Assembly (NCBI GenBank): GCA_014905635.1
Contig: CM026547.1
Span: forward strand, 4,154,001 to 4,218,000
Direction of reading: 5' to 3'
From: Scenedesmus sp. PABB004
Taxonomy: Eukaryota
Length of the DNA: 64,000 nucleotides
The notes under the pieces are model-generated. The model was not told the DNA's origin. It saw only the letters and a list, made by a program, of their open reading frames with translations, and searched no databases. The translations under genes were made by a program, and so were the position numbers. Position 1 is the stretch's first letter. Every line of letters starts with the position of its first letter. Below are positions 1 to 12,309 of the stretch, piece after piece.

Positions 1-47
1 ATGCGTGCGGCGCGCGAGACGCGCGGCGTGCGCGTGCGAGCGCTCAC

Positions 48-726
48 TGCTCGGCGGCGGCAGCGCCGCGCGGCACTTTGGGCACTGCCGCTTGTGCTGC
101 AGCGCCGTGCGCAGGCAGGTCCGGCAGAACGCGTGGCCGCAGGGCGTCGCGCAGGGGCGCACGCAGACGTCCAGGCAGATGCCGCACGACAGCTCCTCCT
201 CGAGCGCGCCGATGCAGCCGAGCTTGGACGGCGTCACGCCCAGCGGCAGCGGCGCGCCGCCCGGCGGCGGCGGCGGCGGCGCCTCGTTCTCCTGCGCCGT
301 GCGCCGCTGCGTGCGCGGCCGCGCCTGGCTCGCGGGCGTCGCGGCGCTCTGGTCGCGCTTCTTCTTGCTGATCGTGATGCACTGCAGCGCCGCCGCGAGC
401 GAGCTCACGCTCGGCTGCGACTGCTGCTGGTGCTGGTGCTGCTGGTGCTGCTGCTGCTGCGCGCCGGCCGTCGTCGCGGCCAGCGGCGTGCGCTCGCCGG
501 GTTCGCGCGCCGCCGCCGGCGGCGGCGAGAGTGGCAGCGGCGAGAGCGGCAGCGGCAGCGGCGAGGGCTGCTGCTGCTGGAGCTCCTGCGGGCCCCCAGC
601 TGCGCGGGCCAGCGAGGAGCGGGAGCGGCGCGCGTCGGCGCGTGCGCGGGCAGTTGCGGCGGCCGCGCCGGCGGCAGAGCGGCGCCCACCTGCGGCCGTC
701 GGCGTGCTCGGGACGTCCTGCTCCAT
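48..726 (-). CDS. C3HC4 RING-finger protein (probable E3 ligase), first exon; gene continues beyond the window start
   Basis: Manual translation from ATG at 726: MEQDVPSTP...[44 protein letters not shown], a RING-HC motif. GTGAG donor at 47. Confidence 0.85.
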
Positions 727-1106
727 GGCGGCGGCACGCTGGCGGCCTGTGGCGAGAGAGGAGGGCGGAGCGAGCGGCGCTTGCGCCGCCGGCGCCGCCG
801 CCACCCGACAGCTGGGCGAGTTGCGTGGCCCAGGGTCTCGGCGAGGGCGCGGGCGGCACAAGTGGACAGCGGCGGGCCGGAGCGGGGGCGCGTGTTTTGC
901 GGGGCGCAGCGGGCAGGCGGCCGGGCGCGTGGTGCTGCTCCGCCGCACAGCGCGCCGCGCACTCCACGCGCGCGCGACACCGCGAGAGAGCGCCAACACC
1001 AACGCCACCCTTCGCGTGCGCTCCCCTCGCCGCCGGCCAGTCGCGCCTGCTGCTCTCTCGCCTGCGGCCGCCGCCCGCCCGGGCGCCGCGCGGCGGGCAG
1101 GACAGG

Positions 1107-4065
1107 ATGGGCAAGAAGGGCGCGGGCGAGGAGTCGGCCAAGAAGGACAAGAAGGCCAAGCAGTCGGTCGGCGATGTCCAGGCGCGCCCCCCGCGGCTGC
1201 CGGCCCCGCTCGCGGGCCGCCCGCGGGCGCCCCGTGGCCAGGCGGCCGGCGCGACGGCGCCGCGCCCGCGGCGCCGGCCGGGCGGGGGCGGCACGGGCGG
1301 CGCGGCCGCGCGGCGGCGGCAGCAGCGCAGCCGCCGGACGCCGCGCGCCGCGCCCACCCCCGCGGCTCGCCGCGCGCGCAGGCGGTCACCGACTTCCTGA
1401 TCAAGCCGGACAAGTCGGCGCCAGGTGCGGCGGCGGCGTCGATCGGGCGGCGGCGGCGCTGCCCGGATCGCGCGCGGCGCTGCCGCGGCGGCAGCGATCG
1501 CGCGCCGGCGCCGCGCCGGCGCCCACGCGCCGCCCTGCCGCGCCCCGCGTCGCCGCAGCGCTCGACACGTCCAAGTGGCCGCTGCTGCTGAAGAACTACG
1601 ACAAGCTCAACGTGCGCACGGGGCACTACACGCCCATCCCCGCGGGCCACACGCCGCTGCGGCGGCCGCTCAAGGACTACCTGAGCTACGGCTGCATCAA
1701 CCTCGACAAGCCCGCCAACCCGAGCAGCCACGAGGTCGTCGCGTGGATCCGGCGCATGCTGCGCGTCGAGAAGACGGGGCACAGCGGCACGCTCGACCCC
1801 AAGGTCACCGGCAACCTCATCGTATGCGTCGACCGCGCGACGCGGCTCGTCAAGGCGCAGCAGAGCGCGGGCAAGGAGTACGTCTGCATCGCGCGGTGAG
1901 CGAGCCGGCCGCGGGGGACGGCGCACGCGGCGGCGGCGCGCGCGGCCGCGACCGCGCCGGCGCAGGCGGCGGCGAGGCGCGAGCGCGCGTGCTCACACGC
2001 GCGCCCGCCGCCGCGCGCGCCCGCCAGGCTGCACGGCAAGGTGGAGGGCGGCAAGGAGCGCGTGCTGCGCGCGCTCGAGACGCTCACGGGCGCGCTCTTC
2101 CAGCGGCCGCCGCTCATCTCGGCGGGTGCGCGCCGCGCCCTGTCCCGCCGCGCCCGCCGCGCTGCACCCGCCGCGCTCACAGCAACGCACCGCGCTCGCC
2201 GCGCCCTCCTCCTCACCCCGCCCTCCCCGCCTTTCCCGCAGTCAAGCGCCAGCTGCGCGTGCGCACGATCTACAAGAGCAAGCTGATCGAGTACGACGAC
2301 GAGCACCACCTCGCCGTCTTCTGGGTCAGCTGCGAGGCCGGCACCTACGTGCGCACGCTCTGCGTGCACCTCGGCCTGCTCCTCGGCGTCGGCGGGCACA
2401 TGCAGGTGCGGCGCGGCCGCCGCCGCCGCTGCCGCGCGCGCGTGCGCCTGCTCGCACAAACCCCGCGCCCGCGCACGACCCCGCGCCCCGCCGCCGGCCG
2501 CCGCAGGAGCTGCGCCGCGTGCGCAGCGGCATCATGGGCGAGGACGACAACATGGTGACCATGCACGACCTGCTTGACGCGCAGTGGATGCTGGACAACC
2601 TGCGCGACGAGGCGTACCTGCGGCGCGTCGTCATGCCGCTCGAGCGCTTGCTGACCAGCTTCAAGCGCCTCGTGGTCAAGGACTCGGCCGTCAACGCGAT
2701 CTGCTACGGCGCGAAGCTCATGATCCCGGGCCTCATGCGGTGCGCGGGGCGCGCGGGCGCAGGGCGGTGGGGCGGCGGCGGCGCGGGCGGCGGCGCGGGG
2801 CAGCGGCGCGGCGCGCCCGGCTGTGCGCTTGCCCGTGGGCATGAGGGCGCTGATGGGCAAGCGGACAGCCGGGCGCGCCGCGCGGCCCTGCGGCGCCGCG
2901 CATCGTTCGAAGCAGCGGCGGCGCCCCACCCGTGCCCGCCGCTGTCAAAAACGGTGCCACAGCGACCCCCGGCGGCATTTATATCACCGCCGCCGGCCCC
3001 ACCCGCGCGGCGGTGTGTCCAGTTCCGCACACCTAACCTCCCTCCCTCCCTCCATAATATCCCTGGCTCGCTCACCGCACTCACGCACACACTCTCTCAC
3101 TCACTCACTCACTCACTCACTCACTCACTCACTCACTCACTCACTCACTCACTCACTCACACACGCCGCCGTCCCTCACCGCGCGCGCCGCCAGCTTTGA
3201 GAGCGGCATCGACGTCGACGACGAGGTCGTGCTCATGACCACCAAGGGCGAGGCCGTGGCGGTGGGCATCGCGACGATGAACAGCGCGGGCATGGCGAGC
3301 GTGGACCACGGGTCGGTCGCCAAGATCAAGCGCGTCATCATGGAGCGCGACACCTACCCGCGCAGGCGCGCGCGGCGCGACGCGCGCAGCGCGCGCAGCA
3401 CGCGCGGCGCGCGCGGCACGCACGGCGCGGCGCAAGGGAGTCGCGGCGGGCGGCGGCCGACGCGCCCGCGCCCGCGCGCCGCTGCGTCGCAGGTGGGGCC
3501 TGGGGCCGTACGCGGCCAAGAAGAAGCAGCTCATCGCGGAGGGCAAGCTGGACAAGTACGGCCGGCCCAACGAGAACACGCCCGCCGAGTACCTGCGCGC
3601 GCTGCCCGACCTGCAGGCGCAGGCGGGCGCGGCCAAGCCCGCCGCCGCCGCCGACGGCGCCGCGGCCGCCGACGCGGAGATGGCGGACGGCGCTGGCGGC
3701 GACGCCGCCGCCGCGGCCGACGGCGAGGCGCCCAAGAGCGAAAAGCAAAAGGACAAGAAGGACAAGAAGGACAAGAAGGACAAGAAGGACAAGGTGCGTG
3801 CGTGTGTCTGTGTGGCAGGCGGGGCGGGGCGCGGCCGCGGCGGCGGGCGGGTGGTGGTGAGCGCCCCGGCGCCCCCCCCCCCCCCCCCCCCCGCGCTCAC
3901 GCCGCGCTCACTCCGCGCTCACTCCGCGCCCGCGCCCGCGCCGCGCAGGAGGGCAAGAAGTCGAAGCGCGAGCGCTCGCCCGGCGCGGAGGGCGGCGAGG
4001 GCGGCAAGAGCGCGGAGAAGAAGAAGAAAAAGAAGAAGGACAAGGAGGCCGCCGGCAGCGAGTGA
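1107..4065 (+). CDS. CBF5: Dyskerin / H/ACA pseudouridine synthase, multi-exon
   Basis: Spliced peptides [75 protein letters not shown] domain, [11 protein letters not shown] and a Lys-rich KKD tail. Confidence 0.97.
3095..3160. repeat. (TCAC)n microsatellite in a dyskerin intron
   Basis: Directly visible tandem tcactcac run. Confidence 0.95.
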
Positions 4066-4765
4066 TCATGAGGCGGGGCGCCCGCGGCGGCGGCGCGGCG
4101 CGGCGCGGCGCGGCGGACGCGCGCGCGCGGGCGCGCGTGAGCAGCAGGGCCCGGCGGCGCGGCGTGCGCCCGCGTGTACATTTTGGCGGGGGGAGGGCGG
4201 CGGCGGGGCGGATCGCTGATTGCATGTGACCGGACGGGCGCGGCGGGCGACGGGCGCGGCCGCCGCGCGCGCTGAACGAACCCTAGGCTCGGGACCGCGC
4301 CGCACGTGCACGTGCGCGCGCGGCGGCAGGAGCGCGTGGGGCGGCGGCTGGCTGCGGCGGTGGTGGTGGTGGTGACGCGACGGCGCGGCCCAGTCCGTCG
4401 GCAGGTTGCCTCGCCCGGTCTGCCGTCAGCCGTCAGCGCGCGGCGGCCTCCTGCGCTCGCTGCTGGTACACCGCCGCCGCCGCCGCTCCCCCTCGTCGTC
4501 ATCTGTGGCAGTTCACGCAGGGTCTGCAGCCGAATTCGAACGCAGCGCGCGCCGCCGAATCGAACGCGCGCGAGAGCAACTGACAGGGGCGCGCGCGGCG
4601 CCGCAGCATACACGCGTACAGGCGCGCCCGCGAGGGCGCGGTTGTGTGTGTGAGTGTTGGTACAACACATGAGGACAGGCACAGGCATGTACTAGGCGCA
4701 AAAGCCGTTGCCACGCAACAAACAGGTCAACCCAGCTCCGCCATCGTCACCACCGCAGCGACGGC

Positions 4766-7700
4766 TCAGCCGCCGCGGCCGCCCGGCGCGGCGGGCGCGC
4801 CGCCGGCGACGTCGTCGGCGCCCACGAGCTGCCAGTCGTCGCTGCCGGCGCCGCTGTCCTGCGAGCCGGCGGGCGCGCCGGCCGAGGCGAGGCCGTCGAG
4901 GCCCGCCGCGGTCAGCGCGGCGGCAAAGCTCGCCGAAAAGTCCTCGCTCCCCGGCTCCTCGCTGTGCGCAACGATGCTGGCATAGAGGCTCGCGCCCAGC
5001 TGCCCGCCGCCCTCGCCGCCGGCGCCGCCCGGCGGCGGTGCGCGCGGCTCGTCGCCGCCGAGGAGGCTGTCGGCGAGCCGCTCCTGCGCGCGGCTGAAGC
5101 CCGAGCCGTGCGTCGCGGCGGAGCCCTGCGTGAACGCCGAGTGCGCGGTCGCGCCGCTGAAGCCGCTGCCGGCGCTGCCGGCGCTGACGGGGCTGCCGCC
5201 CGCGCTCGCGGGGTCGCCGCCCGCCGACGCCGGCGCCACCGCCACGGGCGGCAGCGGCGCGGCCGGCGGCGCGGGCGCCACCGCCACAGGGGCGCCGCCG
5301 TCCAGCACGCGCGCGCCCTGGATGGCCTCGGCGTCGACCAGGAGGCCGGGCGCCGCCGCCGCTGCGCCAGCCTGTGCGGGCGCTGCCGCCGCGCCGCCGG
5401 CGGCGGTCGCCTCGCCGGCGGCGGTCGCCACCGGCAGGGCGCCAAACACGTCCGCGGCGCTGAGGGCGCACACGGCGGGCCCGGCCTCGCCGGCGCCGCC
5501 GGCGTCGCCGCCTGCTGCCGGCTGCTCCGCCTGCTCCTCGCACTCGACCGCCGCCGGCGTCTCCTCGGCCGCCGCCGGCGCCTCCTCGGCCGCCGGCGTG
5601 TCGCCGCCCGCCGGCGCCTCCTCGGCCGCCGCCGGCGCGTCCTCGGCCGCCACCGGCGTCTCCGCGACTGCCGGCGACACCACCGCCAGGCTGCGCATGA
5701 GCAGCACGCCGGCGGCGGCGGCCTCGGCCTGCTGCGCCTCCTGCACCTCCTCCCCGGACAGCAGCTGCGCGGAGCTGCAGCTCGCGCTGCTCGCCGAGTG
5801 GCTCATGCCGCGGCTGCCGGCCGCGGCGGGCCCCTCCTCCGGCGCGTCAGCGGCCTCCAGGTCGGCGGCGTCCGCGCCCGCGGCCGCGTCCGCAGCCAGC
5901 TCGGGCGCCGCCTCGTCCTGCTCCTCGCCTGCCCCCTCCTGCTCCTGCTGCTGCTGCTCCTCCTCCTGACCCTCCTCCTCGCCTGCCTCCTCGTCTGCCT
6001 CCTCGCCTGCCTCCTCGCCTGCCTCCTCCTCCTCCTCCTCGCCCTCCGACAGCGCCTCGAAGGGCAGCTGCTCAAACAGGCCCATGCCGCTGCCCGCGTT
6101 GTGCGGCACGAGCGCCTCGGCGCGCGCCGACAGGCCCGCCAGGCGGCCGCGCAGGCCCTCGAGCGCCGCGCAGTGCGCCTCGGCAGCCGCGAGCGCCGCG
6201 GCGCACGCGTCGGCGCCGGCCGACGACGCCGCGACCGCGGCGCCCATCGACTCCAGGTACCTGGCGGGCGGGCGCGCGGGCGGGCGGGTCGGCGGGCCGG
6301 CCCGGCGCGCGAGGGCGCCCCCGCTCGCACGCTGCGCGCGGCCCGCGGCGGCCCGCCCGCCCCGCGCCGCGCCCCAGGTGCGGCGGCGCCGCACCGTCCG
6401 CCGTACTCGCGCACGCGGCTGCGCGCGGCGTCGACCTGGCGCGCCACGTAGCCGCGCACGTAGCCGGCCAGCGCCGCCTCGCTCGCGGCGACCGCGCGGT
6501 CGACGACGCTCATGAAGTGCTCCGCCACGGCCGAGGGCACGAGCGCGTACGTCGTCGCGGTGTACGTCTCCACGATCGTGCGCCGCCGCGGCACCTGCGC
6601 CGCCCGGCGCGGGGGCGGCACCGTGATTGAGCGCGGGGGCCGGTGCGCGCGCCCGGCGCGTCCCGAGCCCCGCCCAGCGCGCCCCGACCAGCGCCCTTCC
6701 CCGCCCGCCCAGCGCGCCGCTCCCTCCCCCCACGCCGCGCCTCAAGCGCACCGGGACGTAGTAGCCGCTCAGGCGGCACACGCCGCCGCGGCGCTCCATG
6801 ACGACGTCGGTGCGCTCGCACGCGCGCACGTGGCGCGCGCGCGTGCCGGCGATGCCGCGCTCGATCAGCTCCGCCAGGTCGGCGTGGAACGCCATCGCGT
6901 CGGGCGGCGCGAGCCCGAGCACCACCGGCTCCAGCGACACCTGCGCGCGAGGCGGCGCGGGCGTCGGCCGCGCCCTGCGTAACAGCGCCGCCGGGCGGCG
7001 GAGGGCCGCGGCCCAAGCGCGGAGTGTGGGCGCGCCGCGCGACGTCGCGGCGCGCCTGCAGGCCCTCATTCACGACGCCCTCGAGGCGGCCGCTGAGCGC
7101 CGCGATCGCGCCGTTGAGCGACGCCACGAGCGCCTGCGCGCGGCCGTTGAGCGCGAGCTCCATCACGTGCCACGTGTCCGACACCTCCGCCTGGATCTGC
7201 GGGGCGCGTGAGACAGAGCAGTGAGTGCGCCGTGTCGGCGGCGGGCGGCGGGCGGCGCCCGGCCGGCGTGCATCGCAGCACTCGGCGCTTGGCGCTCAGG
7301 GGCCCAGGGGGGAGCTCACCTGGGCCATGAGCTCCTCGCTGAGGTCCATGAGCGCGCTGCTCAGCTCGTCCCGGCTCTCGCAGCCGCCGGGGCCCCAGCC
7401 GTTGAAGAGCGACAGGAAGCGCGCACGCAGCGCGCGCCAGCCCCCGCCCGCCGCCAGCGCGCCGGCGATGCCGCACGGCGCAGCGCCGGCGCGCAGGCTC
7501 GCGGCGTCGCCGCACGCCGACGACGACAGCGGCGAGAGGCACTCGTCGCTGTCGGCGCCGCTGCCGTCGCACAACTCCGCCTCGGCCGCCGCGGCGTCGC
7601 CGTCGCGGCGGTGGTGCCGGCGGCGGCGGCAGCAGCCGCCGTGCCGGTGGTGGTGCCGGCGGCGGTGCGACCCGGCACCCGCGCCCGGGTCGGCGGACGC

Positions 7701-10231
7701 CTCGGCCGCGGCCTGCTGCTCGTGCCGCAGCACCTCGGCGTCCAGCGCGGAGCAGATGTGCGTGAAGAGCCGGGACCGCAGGTTGCCCAGGTGCGCGCGC
7801 AGCTGCGCAGCGCGCCGGCGGCGGCGGCCGCGAGGGCACGCGTCTGTCAGCGTCAGGCAGCGCCGGCACGCGCGCGTGCGCGCCCGTCCGCCGGCGGCCG
7901 GCGGCTGCCGCACGCGCCGCGCCGCGGCGGCGCACCTCGTCCACCACCTCCACCTGCAGGTCGTGCGTGCCCTCCATCACGCCGTCAAACTGGCCCAGCG
8001 TCGCGTCGAGCTCGCCCTGCAGCGCCGCGGTCGAGGCGGCGAGGCGCGCCGCGCTCGCGGCGAGCGCGCCGCGGCAGCTCTCCGCGACGTTGGACACCTG
8101 CGCCGGCGCGGCGGCGGCGCGGCGCGTCAGCGCACCGCGCCGGGGCGCGAGCCGCGCCGGCAGCAGCAGCGGCGGCTGGCGCGCGCCGCGGGGGCGCGCG
8201 GCGCGCCTCTGTGAGCAGGCGGCCGGCGTCGTCGAGGACGGCCACCAGCTTCACGCCCGCCGCCGCCTCAAAGAGGAAGCCCAGCACGCGCTCCTCCAGC
8301 TCGGGGACGCCACTGTCGGCGAGCATCGCGGCCGCGGCCTCGCGCGAGAGCGCGTCGCCGACGCCGCCGCTGCTCGCGCGCGGCGCAAACGCGCCAAACG
8401 CGATGCGCCGGAAGCGCGCCGCCGCCGCCGCGTCGGCGCGGCCTGACAGCACCAGCCGCGCGAGCAGCGCGTTGCGCGCCGACAGGATCAGCACCTGCGT
8501 CGGCGCGGCGCGGCGGCCGGCGCGTGGGCCGGGGCGCGCACACGGCGCCGCAGGCGCCGCAGGCCGCAGGTGCCGTGGCACGCGCCCATGCCGCCGCTCG
8601 TGCCCGCGTGCCCTCGGGCGCGCCTGGTCGGGGTGGAGCTTGAAGCCGGGGCAGTCGAGCTGGCGCGTGACGACCTCGGCCACGTAGCGCCGCGTCGCGT
8701 CGTCGTCGAGGCCGTCGCTGTCGTCGGCCTGGTCCATCTTGTTGACCGCAAAGAACAGCCGGCTGCACAGCCGGCCCACGAGCGCGGGGTTGATGCTGCG
8801 CAGCCGCCCGAGCACCTGCGGCACGCGGCGCGCGGCGCGCGCGGCGTGTGGCCCACCGCGGCGGCGCGCGGCGGCCGTGGCGCCGTCACGGCGGCCGCGC
8901 TGTGCGGCGCCGCACCTCTGCCTCCTCTGCCGTCTTGAGCTTGGTGTAATCCAGCAGGTAGATGGCCGCGTCGACGCGCTCCAGCAGGCGCTCAACCTGC
9001 GCGCTCGCGTGCGCACGTGCGCGCAGCGCCGGCGCGTCAGCACGGGGCCGGGCCGGCGGCGCAGCCCGGCCGCGCCGCGCCCGCGGGCACCGCCCCAGGC
9101 GCAGCGCGCGCGGCGGCGCGTCTGCCCACCTGGTACTTGAGTCCCTCCTCGCCCGCCTCGTTGGGCCCCGGCGTGTCGAGCAGGCAGAGGCGCACGCCGC
9201 CGTAGCTCGCCGCGGCAGGGCCGTCGAGCACGACCAGCGGCGCCGTGAGCTCCAGGACCTGCTCGTCCGCGAGGCGGTGCTCGCGGCTGCGCACCGCGCT
9301 GTTGAGCGCCTGCAGCTGCTCGCGGATCGCGGCCGCGCCGGTGACGAGCACGGTCGCCGGCGCCCCGCTGCCGGCGCTGCCGGCGCTGCCGACGCGGTCC
9401 AGGTCGAGCGAGCCGCTCGGGCTGGCGCTGCCGGCGCTGCTGGCGCGGCGCTCGCGGAGCTCGAGCGTCGGCTGCGGCGCCTCGGCGCTCGGCGCGTGCG
9501 TGATGCGCGCGATGCGCGCCGTCTCGGGCACGTTGTTCACGGGCATCAGCTCGTCCCCCACCAGCGCGTTGATCAGCGTTGACTTGCCTGCGCGGGCAGC
9601 GGGGCACGCGGCGCTCAGCAGGCGCGCGGCGGCGGGCCGGGCGGCGCGCGCTGCGCGGCGGCGCGCCCGCCGGCGGCGGGCGGCGGCCCGAGATCCGCCG
9701 CCGGCACGCTGGCGCGCGGTCCGGCGCGCGCCCTCCCGACCGGGGGCGGCCCGCCGGGCGCGGGGGGCGCATGCCGAGAGGCTGGCCTGGAGTCCGGGCA
9801 GCCCCGGCGCGCCCCAGGCGCCCTGTTCGCCGGGCTGGGCCGCCGAGCGGGGCGCTGACACCCCTGGCCCAGCTCCGGCGTGCGCATGCAGGCGCTTGGG
9901 GCGCGCGCGGCGCTGGGCGGGGGCCAACCCCGATGCTGAGCATTGCAGGCCAAAACGAGCCCCAGCGCCCCGCCTCACCGCTCTTTGCCAGCGCCAGCAC
10001 GGCCACGCTGAGTGTCTGCGACTCGTGGCGCTGCCGCAGCTCGTAGTAGGACGAGAAGAAGCGCGTGAGAGCGGCGCCGCCCTCGCTGCCGCCGCCGGCG
10101 CCGCCCTCGCCGTCGAGGAGCGTGATGAGGGACTCGCATATGCCCCCAAGCAGCTCCCCCGTCTCGGCGCGCAGCGTGCTCCATTCCGCCACGCGCGCCG
10201 CGTCCGGCGCGGGCGGCTCGGTCGCGGCCAT
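4766..10231 (-). CDS. Dynamin-like GTPase (bacterial DLP / CrfC-YjdA-like), multi-exon, with long helical and acidic low-complexity C-terminus
   Basis: Spliced motifs SVAVLALAKSGKSTLINALVGDELMP (G1), PETA (G2), LLDTPGPNEAG (G3), IYLLDYTKL, FAVNKMD (G4), VLILSARNALLAR. Confidence 0.8.
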
Positions 10232-10484
10232 CGTGGCGCGGTGTTGTGCGGGTGGCGGCGGGCCGCGACGCGGCGGCCGACGCGGCGGCGATCGCGGCCG
10301 GGAGAGTGTGGCTGCCGCTGCCGCGCTGCCGCGAGCGAGCGGGGCGCCGCGCCGCGCTTGAACGGAACCCCAAACCGCCGTGTCACAACCAACGGCCAGG
10401 GCGGCGCGCCACCTGGCGCCGAGCGCGGCTGCGGCGCACGACGCGCCACTCTGCCCCCACGGGGCACGGCCCCCCAGCTCCCGG

Positions 10485-12011
10485 TCATGCCTCCCACGCG
10501 GCGCCGCGGGGCACGGCGAGGCACGGGTGCGCGGCGAGGCGGGGGAGCAGCTCGCCGGCGAGCGCCTCCACCTTGAGCTCAGGCGTCAGCCCGTCGGCCC
10601 GCGTGGGCCCGACGTTGACGATCGCGAGCCTCGCGCCGGCCTCTACGCCCGCCTTCACCAGCCTGTAAGCACTCCAGACCGACAGGGAGCTGCCGACGAC
10701 GAGAATGAGGTCGGCGCTCGTGGCCGCCGCGAGCGCGCTGCGGCGGCGCGAGGGGCCGGCGGCGTGCGGGGACGGCGCGTCAGCGACCGACTGGGCGCGC
10801 GGGCGGCGCCACCCGCGCCCGCGCGCGCGCGTGCGCGCACCGCTCGACGCGCTCGCGCGGCACGCTGTCGCCGAAGAAGACCACGTCTGGCTTCAGCCGC
10901 GCGCCGCCGCACGCCTCGCAGCTCGCGACGGCAAAGGCGCGCCCCGCGTCCGCGAGCTCCACGTCGCCGTCCGGCCGCGTGATGGGTACGCGCTCCGCGT
11001 CGGCGCCGGCCGCCACCTTGCGCGCGTCGCCGGCGGTGCCGGCGCGCAGCGCGCGCGCGTGCGCCGCGCGGCTGCCGAGGCCGCCTGGCGCGCGGCCCGC
11101 CGCCGCGGCCTCCACGCACGCGGCCATGCCTGGGTTGAGCGCCGACAGCCGGGCCTGCAGCGCGTGGCGGCAGCTGCTGTCCCCGCAGTCGAGGCAGACG
11201 ACTCGGTGCGTCGTGCCGTGCAGCTCCAGCACCTGCGCCGCGCCGGCCTTGCTGTGCAGGCGGTCGACGTTCTGCGTGACGATCAGGCCCACCCAGCCGG
11301 CGCCCTGCAGCCGCGCAAGCGCCGTGTGCGCCGCGTTTGCCGCGACCGTGGCAAACTCGTGCCAGCCCGCATAGCTGCGCGCCCAGTAGCTGCGGCGCAC
11401 CGGCGGCGGCGCGGCGCGCGTCAGCAGCCGGCCGCGCGGCGTGCGGGCCGACCCAACCCCATGCTCCGCGCACGCACGCACCGCGCGCGGTTCTCCGGCC
11501 GCGCCACAAACTGCTGGTGAGTCATGGGCTTGAACCCCGTCGTGTACGCGCCGCTCGGCCCTCGATAGTCCGGGATGTTTGATTCAGTCGATACGCCCGC
11601 GCCCGTGATCACCAGCACGCGCCGGCTCTCCTGTATCAGCCCCGCCAGCGCGTCCAGCTGCTCCTGGCTCACCGGCGGCGCGGACGGCGCCGCCGCGGGC
11701 AGGCCGGGCGGGCGCGGGTGGTGCGGCGGCGCCTGCGGCTGCGGCTGCGTCTGCTGCGCCTGCTGCGCCTGCTGCGCCTGCTGCGCCTGCTGCGCCGTGA
11801 AGGCTGTCACGATGCTGCCGTCGGGGGCGATGCGCTCCGCCTGCAGCGGCAGTCCTCGTGCGGCGGCCATGCCGCGCAGCGCGGCGCCAGCCTGCGCTGC
11901 CCCGCGCGCCGGGCCGCCGCGCTGCGCCGCGCGGCGGCCCGCTGCCGACGCGCGCGAGAGCAGCATGGCCTGCGCCCCCCGCGCCAGGAGCGGCGCCGCC
12001 GCCGCCCGCAT
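10485..12011 (-). CDS. SRT2: NAD-dependent sirtuin, SIRT4/SRT2 class, with N-terminal transit-like peptide
   Basis: [43 protein letters not shown], two CxxC pairs, [29 protein letters not shown]. Start codon uncertain. Confidence 0.93.
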
Positions 12012-12309
12012 GCCGCGCCGCAGGCCCTTGTGGCAGCGGCGAGCGCGCGTGTGCGGCGGCAGCGCGGAGGAGCCGGAGTTGGGCGGTCGGCGAGCTGCGC
12101 GTCAGGGGAGCGCGTGGAGAAGTGTGCGCCCGCCGGCTGCGGCCGCGGCGCCCAGCGGCGGCGTGACGGGCAACGCGTTTCTGTCGTGCCACGGCGCCCC
12201 GCCGACAGCACGGCCCGATCGGCGTGCGCAGAGCTCTGTCCGTCTCGTGTGTCGGGTCGCGGCCCCGTGGTCAGCTCTGGCCGCACGCACCGGCCGCGCG
12301 CAGCGGGAG

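Noticed and set aside
4279..4286. Telo-box-like AACCCTAG downstream of dyskerin
   Set aside because: Single imperfect copy in a 3' region, not in a promoter position.
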